From contig OY969763.1 in NCBI GenBank assembly GCA_963702845.1, positions 3,392,001 through 3,456,000 on the forward strand: 64,000 nt of DNA. The letters are read 5' to 3'. The DNA comes from an uncultured Verrucomicrobiae bacterium. GTDB taxonomy: Bacteria; Verrucomicrobiota; Verrucomicrobiia; Limisphaerales; Palsa-1400. Positions 51,440-62,046 of the stretch are shown here, in pieces. The notes below the pieces were generated by a model that had not been told where the DNA came from, ran no database searches, and worked only from the letters and a program-made list of their open reading frames with translations. A program made the translations under genes and the position numbers. Each line of letters begins with the position of its first letter. Positions within the stretch are counted from its first letter, which is position 1.

Positions 51440-52279
51440 TTATAGCAGCCCCCGCCCCGCGCAGCAAGATTTCAGGAAATACGATAAACCATCCACTATT
51501 TGTCCACCCGGGTACTCAACCGTGACCTCCGCCGTGTAAACCAATTCACCAAAATTCGCCCCACCTTCATCCTCGCCGTCAGACGCCGATCCAGAAATAG
51601 ATGTCACTCCCACCGCCTTGCTGGCCCTCGAAGAATTCCCATACTCCGCGTATCGCGCCAACTGCGTCCCAGCCGGTGTAACATGAACGGTTTCGCCCAT
51701 CTTTTGCGCAACCAGCTTGAAACCAAACTTACTCTCCAAAAGCTCTTTCTTTTCCGACGCCTTATCGCACGCCTCCGCCAAAGCCTTTTTCTTATAAGTC
51801 GCCTTGTCTGTTTGCTCAAATTCCACGCCGAGATACCGCGCCTCAGTCACGCTATCCACCACGCCCGCGACCGCCTGAAACTCCTTCTCATTATGAACCG
51901 TGACCTTGATCGTATTCTCCACCACATAACTTTTCGCCTTATCGCCGAACAAACCGTATTTAGGCGTTTGCGAAAACTGCGACGCCTTGATCTGGTCCGC
52001 CTTCAGCCCCTTTTGAATCAGCGACGAAATAATTTCCGCGCGCAGCTTCTGATTCCCGTGCAACGCCGTTGCCAGCAGCTTATCCTCCGTGCGCACGCTC
52101 AAGCTGACAACCGCACGATCCGCCTGCACCTTCACCTCAGCCGTCCCCACCACCGAAACCGTTTTCGGAATATCCTTCAAATACTGCGCCAACTCCGTGG
52201 GACTCCCGCGCAATTCAGGTTCAGCGAATGCGGTGGGAATAATGCCGATAATTAGTGCGATGGTTGCTAAAATTTTCAT
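51440..52279 (-). CDS. SIMPL (DUF541) domain protein; true stop possibly ~51496
   Basis: Signal peptide; VSVVGTAEVKVQADRA, KALAEA..KA..K; deleting one C gives VTVEYRVDK*. Confidence 0.82.
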   Translation of the reverse strand: MKILATIALIIGIIPTAFAEPELRGSPTELAQYLKDIPKTVSVVGTAEVKVQADRAVVSLSVRTEDKLLATALHGNQKLRAEIISSLIQKGLKADQIKASQFSQTPKYGLFGDKAKSYVVENTIKVTVHNEKEFQAVAGVVDSVTEARYLGVEFEQTDKATYKKKALAEACDKASEKKELLESKFGFKLVAQKMGETVHVTPAGTQLARYAEYGNSSRASKAVGVTSISGSASDGEDEGGANFGELVYTAEVTVEYPGGQIVDGLSYFLKSCCAGRGLL

Positions 52280-52450
52280 AAAACAAGAATCTCCTTCTGA
52301 AGCGCGAGTCTAAAACCCCTTACGACCAATGCAACATCGTTCAATCGTAGCAGCCGAGGACAGTAAGTTCCGGAGAGACGCTGCCGCTCCGTTACCCGAC
52401 GCCTCATTTCCAGCATCTCTGTGCCTCTTTGCCTCTGTGGTATTCTGACG

Positions 52451-54166
52451 TCAAGCCCTTCTCCAATTTAACAACCGACCCCAAAACGGATGCGCTTGCC
52501 TGGCCTCACGTGCGGATTTTTGCGCGCTCGCGACGGGCAATCGAATCCAGAATCGGCTGCCCTGGCCGATTTCCGACTCGACGCCGACACTACCGCCCAT
52601 CCGTTCGGCGGCTTTCGCCACTACGGAAAGCCCGATTCCTGTACCCTTGTAAGCTGCGGGGGCCGCGCGTTCGAAGATCTCAAAAATCCGTTTCTGATCC
52701 TTTGCCTCGATACCAATGCCGTTGTCTTCCACGAAGACAGTAGCCGTTGAATCTTCCCGCGTGGCGCGAATCACCACCTGTGGCGTTCGTTCCCTGGGAA
52801 CAAAACGAACAGCGTTCGAAAGCAGGTTCCCCAAACTTTGGGCCAGGAGTGTAGCATGGCCCCGCACGCTTGGGAGTTTGGAAACAATTTGAAAACATGG
52901 GCGTTGGTCCGGCGGAAATCCTTCGATCAATTGATGAACTAACGGATCGAGTTCGACAGTATTCATCGGCCACTTCGAATTTGCGGTACGACTGTAGGTC
53001 AGGACGTCCTCGATCAATTGGTCCATGCGAGAACCACTAGTAACGATGCGCTCCAGGTAATCTTGCCCGACAGAATCGAGTTTTTTGTAATAGTCTTCTT
53101 TCAGTGCCGCGGCAAAGCCGGTGATGCCACGTAACGGCGCACGCAGGTCATGGGAGAGCGAATGAGAAAAAACGTGCATCGATTCGTTTGCCTCCCGCAA
53201 TTCGGCCTCAACCTTGCGCCGGGCGAGAATCTCTCTCCGCATGAAGAAATTCCATGACAACAGCAGAACTCCGGCAACCACTGTCGCGATGAAAACTTCC
53301 TTTGCCCGCTTCTGCAAGAGGCCAGCGCGTCGATGCGCTTCCAGGCCAAACAAAAGGTGTTTGCTAACGATATCGTCCAGTTCTTCCTGGGAAACCGAGG
53401 CCAGCCCCTTGTTCAAAATCGCGACTGCCAAACCAGAACCCAGACTGCGCCGTACCGCCATCCTTAAAGACTGATCGGATTTAGAGATCACACCCGTGAT
53501 GTCTAAATTGATTTCCGGATGGCTGTTCAGATATTGACTGGCGACGAACAGGTTCACGACAGTCGCGTCCGCTTTTTTCTTTGCGACCAATTCGAAGCAT
53601 TCATCCTGGGTTGCCGCGAAAATCACCTCCGACAAGGGTACACGCTTAGCCATTGTTTGCGTCGTATTATGTCGTCTCGGTAACGCGAGCTTCTTGTGAC
53701 GCAAAACGGCTGCGGGGCCAAATGTCTCGCTTCCTTCCCGTTCAACAATAACATCCGGTGACGTGGAATATTCCTTCGTAAACTCGGCTATCTGTTCCCG
53801 AAGCGGCGATTGCGCGGTACTGCACACCATATCTACCTTGTCCAGGTTCGTTACCAAATTTTCCCAGCTTGTTTGGCGTATTAGTTCAAATCTCAAGCCC
53901 GTCCGCTGCGAGATGATCTCCAGAAGATCAATATCAATTCCGGTCAAACTTCCATCTTCACGGACATAAGAGAACGGAGCCCAAGTCGTCAGACAACCGA
54001 CGCGCAGGACCGGATGCATGGCGATCCACACGTGCTCCTGCGGCGATAGTTGTACACGGCTTTCCTCTGCTGTATTCGTCGAAGCAAACAATCGCGCATT
54101 TGCCACGACAAGCCCGACAATGAGCAAGACGTGTCTGGCTCCCAATTTCACTGGGCAACCTCGCAT
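52451..54166 (-). CDS. Sensor histidine kinase with periplasmic SBP_bac_3 domain
   Basis: LRVG....WAPFS....GIDID; FSHSLSHDLRAPLR H-box; NLLSNA, DNGIGI, GTGIGL; start uncertain. Confidence 0.88.
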   Translation of the reverse strand: MRGCPVKLGARHVLLIVGLVVANARLFASTNTAEESRVQLSPQEHVWIAMHPVLRVGCLTTWAPFSYVREDGSLTGIDIDLLEIISQRTGLRFELIRQTSWENLVTNLDKVDMVCSTAQSPLREQIAEFTKEYSTSPDVIVEREGSETFGPAAVLRHKKLALPRRHNTTQTMAKRVPLSEVIFAATQDECFELVAKKKADATVVNLFVASQYLNSHPEINLDITGVISKSDQSLRMAVRRSLGSGLAVAILNKGLASVSQEELDDIVSKHLLFGLEAHRRAGLLQKRAKEVFIATVVAGVLLLSWNFFMRREILARRKVEAELREANESMHVFSHSLSHDLRAPLRGITGFAAALKEDYYKKLDSVGQDYLERIVTSGSRMDQLIEDVLTYSRTANSKWPMNTVELDPLVHQLIEGFPPDQRPCFQIVSKLPSVRGHATLLAQSLGNLLSNAVRFVPRERTPQVVIRATREDSTATVFVEDNGIGIEAKDQKRIFEIFERAAPAAYKGTGIGLSVVAKAAERMGGSVGVESEIGQGSRFWIRLPVASAQKSAREARQAHPFWGRLLNWRRA

Positions 54167-54373
54167 TGGTTACACCCGTTTAACAGGGAGGGAAAATCGT
54201 AAAAATTTAACGGCAGACGGACCGGTCGTAACCCTTCCGACTTTCTCTTTTACCAGAACTCAGGAACGAAAGGGGGTCTGTTCGTGGTGCCGACATATTT
54301 CATCAAACATCGGCGTCCTTTCCAGCGCCCGCTGTATCTCCGTCGCTCTATGGCTTCTCCGATCCGATCTCCC

Positions 54374-54470
54374 AACCCCAAAGCGGGTTGAGTCACGCCG
54401 CCCAGCGGTTGCGAGGCACGACCTACCCTGGGTAAAAACCAAACAAACGAAGTTTCACTTCCTGTCCCGC
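54374..54470. repeat. ~100-bp REP-like element, copy 2 (inverted relative to 354-453)
   Basis: Reverse-complement similarity to 354-453. Confidence 0.75.
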
Positions 54471-54786
54471 TCGGCATGGATTGCGCAAGAGTTGGCGATC
54501 AATCAAAACGCACCGATATCATTTGTTCTATTGGCATCGCGCGAACAAATGGAATGGGCGCAGTTGTCGATACTGAGAGGCCACTAAGAACCCCGAGCCT
54601 TTAAACAACTATGTCAACACCGTTGACCGACCGCTTCCTCGCCAAAGATTTGCAATCTCTGGACTCCGCTCACTTTCAATGTGCTACAAAACTGCCCTCT
54701 TAACCATTGCGCCGTATCGTATTTTCACCTATCATTCCAACGGTCCTGGCTCTACTGGCAATGCAACAATCAAAGGCAATGGCAAT

Positions 54787-55110
54787 ATGATATCAAACGA
54801 ACGTCCGTCCGGTTACTCCCCTTCATTCAACGATCGCTCCTTTAATTCTGATCGCCCCTCCTATCAATCAGCGCCACTCCGACCACGCGTCGACGAGGAC
54901 ACTCTCAAAACTGAAACAATTCAGATCGAGCGCAAAACTTTCATCCTCACTCTGAAAGAGAACCCTCGCGGTCGTTTCCTCCGCATTACCGAGGACGTCA
55001 ACGGCCGTCGCGATAACGTCATTGTTCCATCTACCGGCCTGGAAGACTTCGCGAGGATTGTTACTGAAATGGCGCAGACAGCCGGCCAGACACCATCACA
55101 GCCCGCGTAA
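54787..55110 (+). CDS. PUR-domain (Pur-alpha-like) ssDNA/RNA-binding protein
   Basis: IQIERKTF...LKENPRGRFLRITE....RRD.VIVP..GL. Confidence 0.85.
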   Translation: MISNERPSGYSPSFNDRSFNSDRPSYQSAPLRPRVDEDTLKTETIQIERKTFILTLKENPRGRFLRITEDVNGRRDNVIVPSTGLEDFARIVTEMAQTAGQTPSQPA

Positions 55111-55159
55111 CTTTCGTTGATTCACGACGCGCGACTTCGTCGCAATCAAATAACGTAGT

Positions 55160-55193
55160 GCATCGGCGGTGTCATCGCCGCCGATGCCTTCTT
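55160..55193 (+). terminator. Hairpin downstream of the PUR-domain gene
   Basis: GCATCGGCGG-TGTCATCG-CCGCCGATGC-CTTCTT. Confidence 0.5.
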
Positions 55194-56057
55194 CATCCGC
55201 ATCGACCTTCATCACATCGCCGGGCCGATTCGGATCACGTTGCGGCGCCTCGGTGGGTCGTCGAGGCGTTTCATAAACCTACTACAAGTGCCTCATTTGA
55301 AGTAACCTCTGCGTCTCCGTAACTCTGTGGTTTCTCCGATTCGTGTTCAATCAGTGGCTAAAAAACCGCTCAGCAACCTTCGTGCCTTGGCGTCTTAATG
55401 GTAACATTTTGTGCAGAAAAAATGCTGTTTCTTTCCCTCCTTTCCCTGGCTTCCCTACAGTTTTTTACACGTAGCTACTTTATGCCATCATTGGTGGCGT
55501 TATGCGATACATGCAACATAAACATAAAGCGGCGATTCCGATTCCCACACCGAGCCAAACGAGCCACGACAATTCTTTGTCGATGGTGACTGCGGCTTCC
55601 TTGCCACCGACGCCTGCCCACTTCCGTCCATTTTCAACCAAAGGGGGGTGCCCACTTTCGTCCATTAACATCCAATTGCGCCCAAAAACGACCACTTGCG
55701 TCCACTAAAAGCCAAAAAAAATATTTTTACCAAACCTTATGAACACAACTAAAGAACTTGAAAACCCGATGTTGCCAACATCAACAACATCACGGTGCCG
55801 AGTCCCACCCATCGAACATCACCCGGCCCAACCGCAAGGTTTTGCACGCTTAAATGTTGGATTTTCTCTGAAGTTTGGAGTTTGAATTTTGAAGCTTCAC
55901 CACGTTTACTGCATGATCACCGCACGGGAAATACGTCCAACTACACCGAAATACACCATCAACAGAAGCTTTTCGGAGGAACGGACACCTAAAATACCAA
56001 TTGACAGAATTCCCGAATGAAGGCTTACTTAACATAAGCAACCTTACTAAGAAACTA

Positions 56058-57770
56058 ATGATTACCGCAGAGCACCTCAAGGCAGAGCAGAAGTTGACCC
56101 GAAACGAAGGGCTGAAGCAAGCAGATCCGTTGCTGCGCGGCACCATTCGTCAGACTCTCGACGACGCCACCAAAGACCGTTTTTCCGAAGACGATTACGA
56201 GTTCATGAAGTTCCACGGCATCTACCAGCAAGATGACCGGGACAAGCGCAAAGTCGGCAAGCAATATATATACATGGTGCGCGGCCGTTTGCCCGGCGGC
56301 ATCGTGCAGCCGAATGTTTATCTCGCGTTCGACACGCTTGCGAGTACGTGCGGCAACAACACATTGCGCATCACCACGCGCCAGGGCTTTCAATTTCACG
56401 GCGTGACAAAGGGTGTCCTCGGCAAATTCATGAAGGGCATCAACGACGCCATGGCCACCACCCTCGCCGCCTGCGGTGACGTCAATCGTAACGTCATGGC
56501 CGCGCCGACGCCGGCGACGAGTCCGTTAGTCGATTCGATTCAACAGCACGCCAAAGAAGTTTCCGACGCGTTGCTCCCGAAGACGCGCGCCTATCACGAA
56601 ATTTGGGTCGAAGGCACCGAACTCAAGCTCGAGGAAGACGCAAATTTCGTCGACCCGCTTTACGGCAAAACATATTTGCCGCGCAAATTCAAAGTCGCCT
56701 TCGCCATTCCGCCACTGAACGACATTGATATCTTCACCAATTGCTGCGGCTTCATCGCCATCATCGAAAACGACAAACTCGTCGGATACAATTTAACGGC
56801 CGGCGGCGGCATGGGCATGAGCCACGGCAATGCGCACACCTACCCGCGCATGGCGGACGTCATCGGTTTCATCGAACCGCATCAAGTCATCGACGCCGCC
56901 AAAGGCGTGCTCACGATTCACCGGGATTTCGGCGATCGCACCAATCGCAAACACGCGCGATTGAAATACGTCATCGAAGAACGCGGCGTGGAATGGTTCA
57001 CACAAGAACTCAAAAAGCGCCTCAGCTTCCCTGTTCAACCGGCGCGTCCGTTTCATTTTACGAAACAAAACGACGTCTACGGCTGGCAAAAGCAATTCGA
57101 CGGAAAATATTTCCTCGGTCTGTTCATCGAAAACGGCCGCATCAAAGATGCCGACAATTACAAACTCAAATCAGGCCTGCGCCGCGTCGTGGAACAATTC
57201 CAACCGGAAATGCGCCTGACTGCGTCGCAGAATTTGTTGCTCGTCAATATTCCCGAAGCGCAACGTGACGCCATTTCCAAAGTCTTCGCCGAACACGGTG
57301 TGCCGGTGGAAAACCAGGCCTCGATTCTTCGTCGTGCTTCCATCGCTTGCCCCGCCCTGCCGACGTGCGGTTTGTCGCTCGCCGAATCTGAACGCGCGAT
57401 TCCCGACATTTTGGGTCGCATCGAAAACCTTTTGGCGGAAGTGGGAGTGCCGAACGAGGAAATCGTCATTCGCATGACCGGTTGCCCGAACGGTTGCGCT
57501 CGCCCTTACGCCGCGGAAATCGGATTCGTCGGCCGTGCCCCAGGTAAATACGCGCTCTTCCTCGGCGGCAATGAGGCCAGCACGCGCTTGAATTGGACTT
57601 ACAAAGAGAGCGTAAAAAACGAAGAGATCGTCAACGAATTGCGTCCGCTCTTCACTCGTTTCGTGCAACAACGAATCACCGGCGAACGCTTCGGCGATTT
57701 CTGCCAGCGGGTGATCAAGCCGGAGGTTGATGCGTTGAAGGCGCATTCGCCGGCGGCAATCGGGCTCTAA
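56058..57770 (+). CDS. cysI: Assimilatory sulfite reductase hemoprotein subunit
   Basis: KFHGIYQQDDRD, ITTRQGFQFHG, ACGDVNRN, YLPRKFK, CPALPTCGL, MTGCPNGCARP. Confidence 0.95.
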   Translation: MITAEHLKAEQKLTRNEGLKQADPLLRGTIRQTLDDATKDRFSEDDYEFMKFHGIYQQDDRDKRKVGKQYIYMVRGRLPGGIVQPNVYLAFDTLASTCGNNTLRITTRQGFQFHGVTKGVLGKFMKGINDAMATTLAACGDVNRNVMAAPTPATSPLVDSIQQHAKEVSDALLPKTRAYHEIWVEGTELKLEEDANFVDPLYGKTYLPRKFKVAFAIPPLNDIDIFTNCCGFIAIIENDKLVGYNLTAGGGMGMSHGNAHTYPRMADVIGFIEPHQVIDAAKGVLTIHRDFGDRTNRKHARLKYVIEERGVEWFTQELKKRLSFPVQPARPFHFTKQNDVYGWQKQFDGKYFLGLFIENGRIKDADNYKLKSGLRRVVEQFQPEMRLTASQNLLLVNIPEAQRDAISKVFAEHGVPVENQASILRRASIACPALPTCGLSLAESERAIPDILGRIENLLAEVGVPNEEIVIRMTGCPNGCARPYAAEIGFVGRAPGKYALFLGGNEASTRLNWTYKESVKNEEIVNELRPLFTRFVQQRITGERFGDFCQRVIKPEVDALKAHSPAAIGL

Positions 57771-57772
57771 CG

Positions 57773-58603
57773 ATGTTCGAACGCAAACACAAACCGCTTT
57801 CCGTTCCGCGCGCAAGTGTTGCACCGTTTCTACCGTCGAGCGACGCACCGTCGGACCCCGAGCCCCCGTTTCGCCTCACCGCACAAGATGTCACGGACCT
57901 CAATCGGCGGTTCGCGAAAACCGATACGGCTGAAATTTTGATCTGGGCCTGGGAACGTTTCGGAACTCGCGCCGCCATCGGGACAGCCTTTCAGGGCGCA
58001 GGCCTCGTGATGTTGCATCAGGCCAAAATTCACGGCCTGCCGTTCCCGGTTTTTACGTTAGACACCGGCTTGCTCTTTCCCGAGACGCAACAGCTCAAGA
58101 AACGGCTCGAAGCTTTTTTCGGTTACGAAATCGAATCGCTTCACCCCGATTTGACAATCGCTGAACAAGACGAAGCGCACGGGCCGAATTTGTGGGACCG
58201 CGACCCCGACCTGTGCTGCACGATGCGCAAAGTTTTACCGCTACGCGACCGGCTTTCGAAACTTGACTGCTGGATCACCGGCCTGCGCCGCGAACAATCC
58301 GATTCACGCGCCAACGTCGGCATCGTCGAAATCTATAAAGCGGACGAGGGCAACGAGCGCGAAATCGTGAAGCTGAATCCAATGGCGTTGTGGGCGCGCG
58401 ACGCCGTTTGGGCCTACATTCGCGAACACAAGATTCCGTACAATCCCCTGCACGATCAAGGCTACCGCTCCATCGGTTGCACGACCTGCACACGCAAAAC
58501 GACCGAAGGCGAACACGAACGGGCGGGACGCTGGACAGGGTTCAAGAAAATTGAATGCGGCATCCACACGTTCATGTCGCGCAAGAACGATTTTCAGATT
58601 TAG
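57773..58603 (+). CDS. cysH: Adenylyl/phosphoadenylyl-sulfate reductase (Fe-S APS-reductase type)
   Basis: LDTG, LCCTMRKV, WITGLRREQS, YRSIGCTTCT, ECGIH. Confidence 0.93.
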   Translation: MFERKHKPLSVPRASVAPFLPSSDAPSDPEPPFRLTAQDVTDLNRRFAKTDTAEILIWAWERFGTRAAIGTAFQGAGLVMLHQAKIHGLPFPVFTLDTGLLFPETQQLKKRLEAFFGYEIESLHPDLTIAEQDEAHGPNLWDRDPDLCCTMRKVLPLRDRLSKLDCWITGLRREQSDSRANVGIVEIYKADEGNEREIVKLNPMALWARDAVWAYIREHKIPYNPLHDQGYRSIGCTTCTRKTTEGEHERAGRWTGFKKIECGIHTFMSRKNDFQI

Positions 58604-58663
58604 GTAGTAACTTAATCGTCTTCGATGACGTCTCCCTTATTCGGTCGAACTCGTCGTTCGCTG

Positions 58664-59230
58664 TTAATGAGCGCCGAGTTTGAGGACGGTGGTTTTACCC
58701 TGGTAGTCCAGAGTAACAGTCGTCGACTCGATTTTTGTGACGGTGGCGCCATTAATTTCTCCGCCGACCTGCACGGAACCTTCGTTGATCAATGCAGTCG
58801 GATTCTTCGTGTAAAGAATCCCTTTGAGACGAAACGTCGGGACAGCAGGAGCCGTCACCGGTGCAGGGGTAGCTGTGACAGTCGTATTAGAAAGTGTGAG
58901 TGCAGCCGGAACGGGAACATCGGCCTGCGGTGCTACGGCTTTGGCTGGTTCGGTCGCGGCGATTTTTGCAACGATTGGTTGAGCCTCGGGCACTACTTTC
59001 GCAGGTTGAACTGCGACAGGCTCAGGCGCTGCGGTTCTGGATTTGGCATAAACAAAACCAACAACGCCAATCGCACCGACAAACAAAGCGACCGAAACCC
59101 AGAAAAGATGGTTCGACCGTTCCTGGTAGACTGGTTGCATCGCGCGCGTTTCGAAATCGGCTTGTGCCGCTGACGGTTTACCGCGCTCGGCCTCGCTCAC
59201 TTTTTTGAGGGCGTCGTTGATCAGGCTCAT
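58664..59230 (-). CDS. GspB/ExeB-like membrane protein
   Basis: MSLINDALKK start, TM, Pro/Ala linker, LKGILY....ALIN...V..G C-terminus; overlaps the exeA-like gene. Confidence 0.72.
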   Translation of the reverse strand: MSLINDALKKVSEAERGKPSAAQADFETRAMQPVYQERSNHLFWVSVALFVGAIGVVGFVYAKSRTAAPEPVAVQPAKVVPEAQPIVAKIAATEPAKAVAPQADVPVPAALTLSNTTVTATPAPVTAPAVPTFRLKGILYTKNPTALINEGSVQVGGEINGATVTKIESTTVTLDYQGKTTVLKLGAH

Positions 59231-60042
59231 GCGCCGAGATCTCCTTCGAGTTCACGCAGCGCCCGGCCGACCATGCGGTAGTTGATGGTTTGACTTTGTT
59301 GCACGTAACCAGCCAAAAGGCATTTATCGCAAAGTGCGTTGATGAGTCGCGGAATGCCGTGGCTGTAACGATAGATGCGCCAAAGCGCGGGCCTGGTGAA
59401 GTAAGGCGCGCCGTTTCCGCCGGAAATTTGCAGGCGGTGTTGAATGTAGTGGCCAACTTCAGAACGACGCAGCGGATTCAAGTGATAACGAACAGTGATG
59501 CGCTGGCGCAGTTGGCGAAGTCGATGGTCGTTGAGACGTTCGCGCAATTCGGTTTGGCCCATCAGAACGATCTGGAACAGCTTGCGCTCGTCAGTCTCGA
59601 GGTTCGAGAGCAGGCGAACTTGCTCAAGCAGTTCGAGCGTGAGGTTCTGGGCTTCGTCGATAATGAGAACCGACTCCCTGCCCTGCTCGACCTGCTGGAG
59701 CAGAAATTTATTGAGCATCGCGAGAATTTCCAACCGATCCATCCGTTTTGGGACGAGGTTGAATTCCATGGCGATGGCTTTGATCAATTGGTCGGCGTCG
59801 AGAACCGGATTGAGAATAAGCGCGGTCGAGTAGTTAGCGCCGAGTTGGTCGAGGAGAGCGCGGCAAAGCGTCGTTTTACCAGCGCCAACTTCGCCGGTGA
59901 GCTGAACGAAACCCTTTCGTTCGCGAATGCCGTAAAGCAAATGATTGAACGCTTCGCGATGTCTCGGGCTGAAGAACAGGAACCGCGGATTCGGCGTTAT
60001 GCTGAAGGGCGGTTCATTCAGTCCGTAATATTGCAGATACAT
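59227..60042 (-). CDS. exeA: ExeA/GspA-family AAA ATPase
   Basis: MYLQYYGL...PFSITP.P, GEVGAGKTT, IIDEAQ, RLLSNLET, RQLRQRI, GIPRLIN.LCD. Confidence 0.88.
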   Translation of the reverse strand: MYLQYYGLNEPPFSITPNPRFLFFSPRHREAFNHLLYGIRERKGFVQLTGEVGAGKTTLCRALLDQLGANYSTALILNPVLDADQLIKAIAMEFNLVPKRMDRLEILAMLNKFLLQQVEQGRESVLIIDEAQNLTLELLEQVRLLSNLETDERKLFQIVLMGQTELRERLNDHRLRQLRQRITVRYHLNPLRRSEVGHYIQHRLQISGGNGAPYFTRPALWRIYRYSHGIPRLINALCDKCLLAGYVQQSQTINYRMVGRALRELEGDLGA

Positions 60043-60215
60043 TTTGTCTCACCCTTTTCGCAATGTTGTAACGAAAGGGCCTGTTTTTAGCGAAGAAATT
60101 ATCATGCCAACCTGGGACAATCGTGCGGGCAACTGAAAAGTAGAGGGCGAAATCAGGGTGTAGCAGCGAGAAAAAGGTTAGAGACTCCTTACGTCATCTT
60201 CTACAATGGTGACGC

Positions 60216-60839
60216 TTGCGAAAAGTTGTTGTCATTTTGTTGGTGGCTGTGGCGGCGGTTGTAGGATGGTGGCTTTGGCCGACGAGCGTTCACTATGCCA
60301 ATTTGCCGCCGAACGCGAAAGGGCCATGGATTGCGCTTGGGGATAGCTTGACCGCTGGCTATGGAGCGAATCCAGCCAGTGATTATCCGACGGTGCTTGG
60401 GAAAAAATTGGGAATCACGATTGAAAACGCAGGCCGCAACGGCGAGACGTCACAAGATGGATTGAATCGAGTGGAGTCGATTGTGCAATTGCACCCGCGC
60501 GTCGTGTTGTTGTGTTTCGGCGGCAATGACGCGCTGCAACAGGTGCCGCGCGAGAAGACGTTTCGTAATCTGGGCACGATCGTTGATCGGCTGCAGAAGC
60601 AAGGAACGTTCGTGGTTTTGATCGGTGTTCGAAGTGCGACCTTGCGCGATAAAAACGCAGCCTGGTTCAAAGATCTGGCCCGAGAGAAACACGTGCTTTA
60701 CGTGCCCAATATCCTGGACGGTGTGCTGACGCACCCGAACATGATGGCAGATGAGGTACACCCAAATGACAAAGGGTACGCGTTTATCGCGGAGCGGATT
60801 GGGACGGCGTTGGAGCCGGTGATGCCGCAATTGCGCTAG
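60216..60839 (+). CDS. GDSL/SGNH arylesterase (TesA-like)
   Basis: GDSLTAGYG, NAGRNGET, GGND, DEVHPN. Confidence 0.9.
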   Translation: MRKVVVILLVAVAAVVGWWLWPTSVHYANLPPNAKGPWIALGDSLTAGYGANPASDYPTVLGKKLGITIENAGRNGETSQDGLNRVESIVQLHPRVVLLCFGGNDALQQVPREKTFRNLGTIVDRLQKQGTFVVLIGVRSATLRDKNAAWFKDLAREKHVLYVPNILDGVLTHPNMMADEVHPNDKGYAFIAERIGTALEPVMPQLR

Positions 60840-61270
60840 TCGTGTTCGATTTCGTCAGAGAGCTGATTTTTGCCACCGGCCTGCCGTGGGAAATGCTCGG
60901 CCATTAACGCTCCGGCACGACGAATCGCGTGGATGATCCCGCCGGTAAAGTCTGCTTTACGGAAATGGCCTGACATTTCGTGGGCCACTTCTTTCCAGAA
61001 ATTGTCGCCACACTTCTGGTGAATGGCGACGTCGCCGATGATGGCGAACTTTCGAACTCGCGGTGCGACGTAAATGAGGACGCCATTGCGTTCCGTTGTT
61101 TTCGTCATGCCTAGCTTTTCAAAGCGGCGTTGGGCAGTAACGACCGCGTCTTCGGGTTCCTTGCGGCTGATGAAGATGCGGATTTCGCCGCACATCTTCG
61201 ATTCGGCTTCACGGATTGCTCCGACAATTTGGTCGTGCTCGAGTTGGCTGAAAAAATCGCGCGCTTTCAT
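60836..61270 (-). CDS. TPM-domain protein
   Basis: AIREAE...GEIR, TTERNGVLIY, IIGD..IH, NQLSDEI; lemA operon context. Confidence 0.85.
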   Translation of the reverse strand: MKARDFFSQLEHDQIVGAIREAESKMCGEIRIFISRKEPEDAVVTAQRRFEKLGMTKTTERNGVLIYVAPRVRKFAIIGDVAIHQKCGDNFWKEVAHEMSGHFRKADFTGGIIHAIRRAGALMAEHFPRQAGGKNQLSDEIEHD

Positions 61271-62046
61271 TACCAGCTACCTCCTGCACCGCCGCCGCCG
61301 GTGCTGCCACCACCGCCTGAAAAGCTGCCGCCGCCGCTGAAGTCTCCTCCACCACCAGACCAACCGCCGCCGCTGGACATCCCACCCGTCCAAAAACCAC
61401 CACCGGAGTAGCCGCGGTTATGGATCGTGTAACCACGACGCATCGTGGACCGCGCTATCAAGATTGGAATCAGGACGAACAGAAACATCAGGACGAACGG
61501 CCACATCGCTTGATTACCGCCGCGCCCGCGTTGTCGTTCGGCAACGGTGCGTCCGGTGCCTTTGTATTCGCCTTTCGTGGCGGCGATAACAGCATGAACA
61601 CCTGCGGTGACACCACCGTTGAAGTCGCCTTGTTTAAAGCGCGGAACGATTTCGTTTTCGACGATGCGCTTGCAAGTTACGTCTGGCAGCGCTCCTTCCA
61701 AACCGTATCCGGTTTGAATGAAGAGCTTGTGGTCCTGGATGAAGATGAAAAGGACGACGCCGTTGTTTTTCTCCTTGGTGCCGACTCCCCAACTTCGAAA
61801 TACCCGAACGGCGTAATCTTCAATCGCGGAATCCGTTTCCATTTTCGGATAAATGGCGACGACAAATTGATTGCCAGTATCGCGCTCGAACTGTGTGAGT
61901 TCGTTGTTTAGCTGTGTCGCGGTGCCCGGCGAGATGACGTTTGCGTAGTCGTTGAAATGGTTCTTAGGTGCAGGCGGAATGACTTCCTTCGCCTGCGCGA
62001 TTGCGCAACAAAGCGTCAGCCACAAGATGACAATAGCACGCGTCAC
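61270..62046 (-). CDS. TPM-domain protein with Gly-rich C-terminus
   Basis: NDYANVI, WGVG...NNGV, TGYGLEGALPD, GGGG..GGGGAGGSW. Confidence 0.9.
   Translation of the reverse strand: MTRAIVILWLTLCCAIAQAKEVIPPAPKNHFNDYANVISPGTATQLNNELTQFERDTGNQFVVAIYPKMETDSAIEDYAVRVFRSWGVGTKEKNNGVVLFIFIQDHKLFIQTGYGLEGALPDVTCKRIVENEIVPRFKQGDFNGGVTAGVHAVIAATKGEYKGTGRTVAERQRGRGGNQAMWPFVLMFLFVLIPILIARSTMRRGYTIHNRGYSGGGFWTGGMSSGGGWSGGGGDFSGGGSFSGGGGSTGGGGAGGSW

Noticed and set aside
55739..56020. Short ORFs upstream of cysI as a possible leader peptide
   Set aside because: Not Cys/Met-rich and no attenuator structure seen
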